The position numbers and the translations under genes were made by a program. A stretch of 64,000 nucleotides of DNA from contig JBBDHT010000067.1 of NCBI GenBank assembly GCA_040880765.1, positions 8,141 through 72,140 on the forward strand, in the 5' to 3' direction. Positions 63,018 to 64,000 of this stretch are shown here, piece after piece; positions within the stretch are counted from its first letter, which is position 1; each line of letters starts with the position of its first letter. Under the pieces are notes generated by a model that was given only the letters and a program-made list of their open reading frames with translations, ran no database searches and was not told the DNA's origin. Source of the DNA: Acidimicrobiia bacterium (lineage in GTDB: Bacteria; Actinomycetota; Acidimicrobiia; Spongiisociales; ZC4RG35).

Positions 63018-64000
63018 TCACTCCTGATCGGGCCGTAATACCTCAAGAGCAACTTCATCGAAGCTGACGGTGTTGATCGAAGCCGGGCCGGTGTCGAGCA
63101 GAAAGACGTCGAAGAACCCGATCAAGTACTGGTTGATGATCGAGATCATCCGGCCGGCGCCGATTGGACCGCGCAAGCCAATCTCGTCGGCGAGTGGGGA
63201 GAAAAGAGGAAGCATCACGAAGTCGTTGTGGCCGGAGCCGTCGATCCCGATCCAGTAGGTAGTTGCTTCACTGCGCTCGGCTATCCCGCGCAGAATCGCG
63301 TCGTTGGGTCTGTCATCCCACTCTGCCGAACGCAAGAACATCGCAGGTTTGGTTGCCGATGTGCCCAGAGTCCTGTCGGCCAGGTGCTCGACCCAGGGGT
63401 CCATCCCCAGGACTGCGTCACAGCGCTCATCAGTGAGACACACGCTCACGGCCGCTCCGCCGCCGGCCGAGTGCCCGTAGAGCCCGATTCGGGTCAGGTC
63501 GATGCTGTCGGCGATCGGTCCAAAGGGGCCAGCTTCCGCCTCGTCGAGGGCATCGAGAACCGACACGAGGTCGTTGGCGTACGTCTCCACCAGAAGCTCA
63601 GCCGCTCTGTCATAAACATCTGCGGCGACAGTCTCTCTATCGGGCAGAGCGTCGGGGTCGTACGGCACCAGATCTCCGTCGTCGAAGACGGTGGCGACTG
63701 CCATATGGGTGTGATCGGGAGCGATCACGACGTATCCGTTGGAGACGAGGTTCTCGATCTGATTGAGCGCTATCGACCGATAACCCCGCCAACCGTGGCT
63801 GTAGATGACCACTGGATAAGTGCCGGGGGCGACGGTCAGACCCTCATACGTGTGCGACTCGGTATAAGCGAGATGATTGAGAAACCAGGAGGGGAGGCCG
63901 ATCGACCGGGCCAACTCGGGCCCGATCTCTGACCACTGCGGGTGGATCTGGCCCGGATCGGTCTCACTGTCCGGTAACGCCGGGTAGAAGACCTGGACCA
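63018..64000 (-). CDS. Alpha/beta hydrolase (lipase / PAF-acetylhydrolase-like). The 5' end lies beyond the window end.
   Basis: GHSAG nucleophile elbow (GLYGHSAGGGAA) with Asp/His downstream. The reading frame stays open from 63914 to the window edge (VQVFYPALPDSETDPGQIHPQW...), so the TTG track start is an artefact of truncation. Confidence 0.7.
   Translation of the reverse strand, partial: VQVFYPALPDSETDPGQIHPQWSEIGPELARSIGLPSWFLNHLAYTESHTYEGLTVAPGTYPVVIYSHGWRGYRSIALNQIENLVSNGYVVIAPDHTHMAVATVFDDGDLVPYDPDALPDRETVAADVYDRAAELLVETYANDLVSVLDALDEAEAGPFGPIADSIDLTRIGLYGHSAGGGAAVSVCLTDERCDAVLGMDPWVEHLADRTLGTSATKPAMFLRSAEWDDRPNDAILRGIAERSEATTYWIGIDGSGHNDFVMLPLFSPLADEIGLRGPIGAGRMISIINQYLIGFFDVFLLDTGPASINTVSFDEVALEVLRPDQE

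Noticed and set aside
1-64000. CRISPR arrays, tRNA/rRNA genes, prophage or transposon remnants
   Set aside because: No regularly spaced direct repeats, no tRNA-like cloverleaf sequences in any intergenic region (the largest gaps are 230 bp or less and contain promoter/operator features). No integrase, transposase or phage structural genes. GC content is uniformly high apart from short promoter regions.

Overview
High-GC (about 65-68%) actinobacterial-type chromosomal segment. It is densely coding with extensive start/stop overlaps (ATGA, GTGA, TGATG). I found no rRNA, tRNA, CRISPR array, integrase or transposase.

Layout:
- 1-16.9 kb, minus strand: complete division/cell-wall cluster divIVA(partial)<-yggT<-sepF<-yggS<-pgeF<-ftsZ<-ftsQ<-murB<-murC<-murG<-ftsW<-murD<-mraY<-murE<-ftsI<-ftsL<-rsmH<-mraZ. 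murB lies inside the cluster and murF is missing from its canonical murE/mraY slot. MraZ-box repeats overlap the Pmra promoter.
- 17.1-19.9 kb, minus strand: DEAD-box RNA helicase with a canonical C-terminal RRM domain, a small HNH endonuclease and an acidic hypothetical protein.
- 20-24.7 kb, plus strand: MoxR AAA+ / DUF58 / transglutaminase triad.
- 24.7-28.7 kb: MerR regulator, DUF3040, DinB, histidine phosphatase, two unknown membrane proteins.
- 28.7-31.8 kb, minus strand: fabD-fabH-fabG-acpP.
- 31.8-34.1 kb: threonine aldolase and an aminotransferase.
- 34.1-37.4 kb, minus strand: tightly coupled operon (small membrane protein, metallophosphoesterase, SRPBCC, ArsA/Get3-like ATPase with HSP20-like tail, 62-aa ORF, DUF1232).
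- 37.7-41.2 kb, minus strand: OpuC-type osmoprotectant ABC transporter with a rho-independent terminator.
- 41.3-44.8 kb: alpha/beta hydrolase, Usp-CBS protein, nitroreductase, TrmH methyltransferase, DUF2007.
- 44.9-46.5 kb: Rv2191-like DnaQ-exonuclease/GIY-YIG fusion.
- 46.5-55.0 kb, plus strand: argCJBDFRGH with an ARG-box operator and a probable leaderless promoter.
- 55.0-55.6 kb: mazEF-like toxin-antitoxin pair, convergent with argH.
- 55.7-63.0 kb, plus strand: complete System I cytochrome c maturation operon (tlpA-like, unknown membrane protein, ccmA, ccmB, ccmC, a 33-aa ccmD absent from the six-frame ORF track, ccmE, ccmF, ccmH/I fusion, ccmG).
- 63.0-64.0 kb: 5'-truncated alpha/beta hydrolase.

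The most unusual points are System I Ccm in an actinobacterial synteny context (with the hidden ccmD and an unknown Cys-pair membrane protein that may replace CcdA/DsbD), the murF-less dcw cluster, and the helicase-RRM fusion. The candidate I would single out as a possible undescribed system is the unknown Cys-pair membrane protein at the head of the Ccm operon, which may be a missing reductant conduit; I found no defence island or mobile element.
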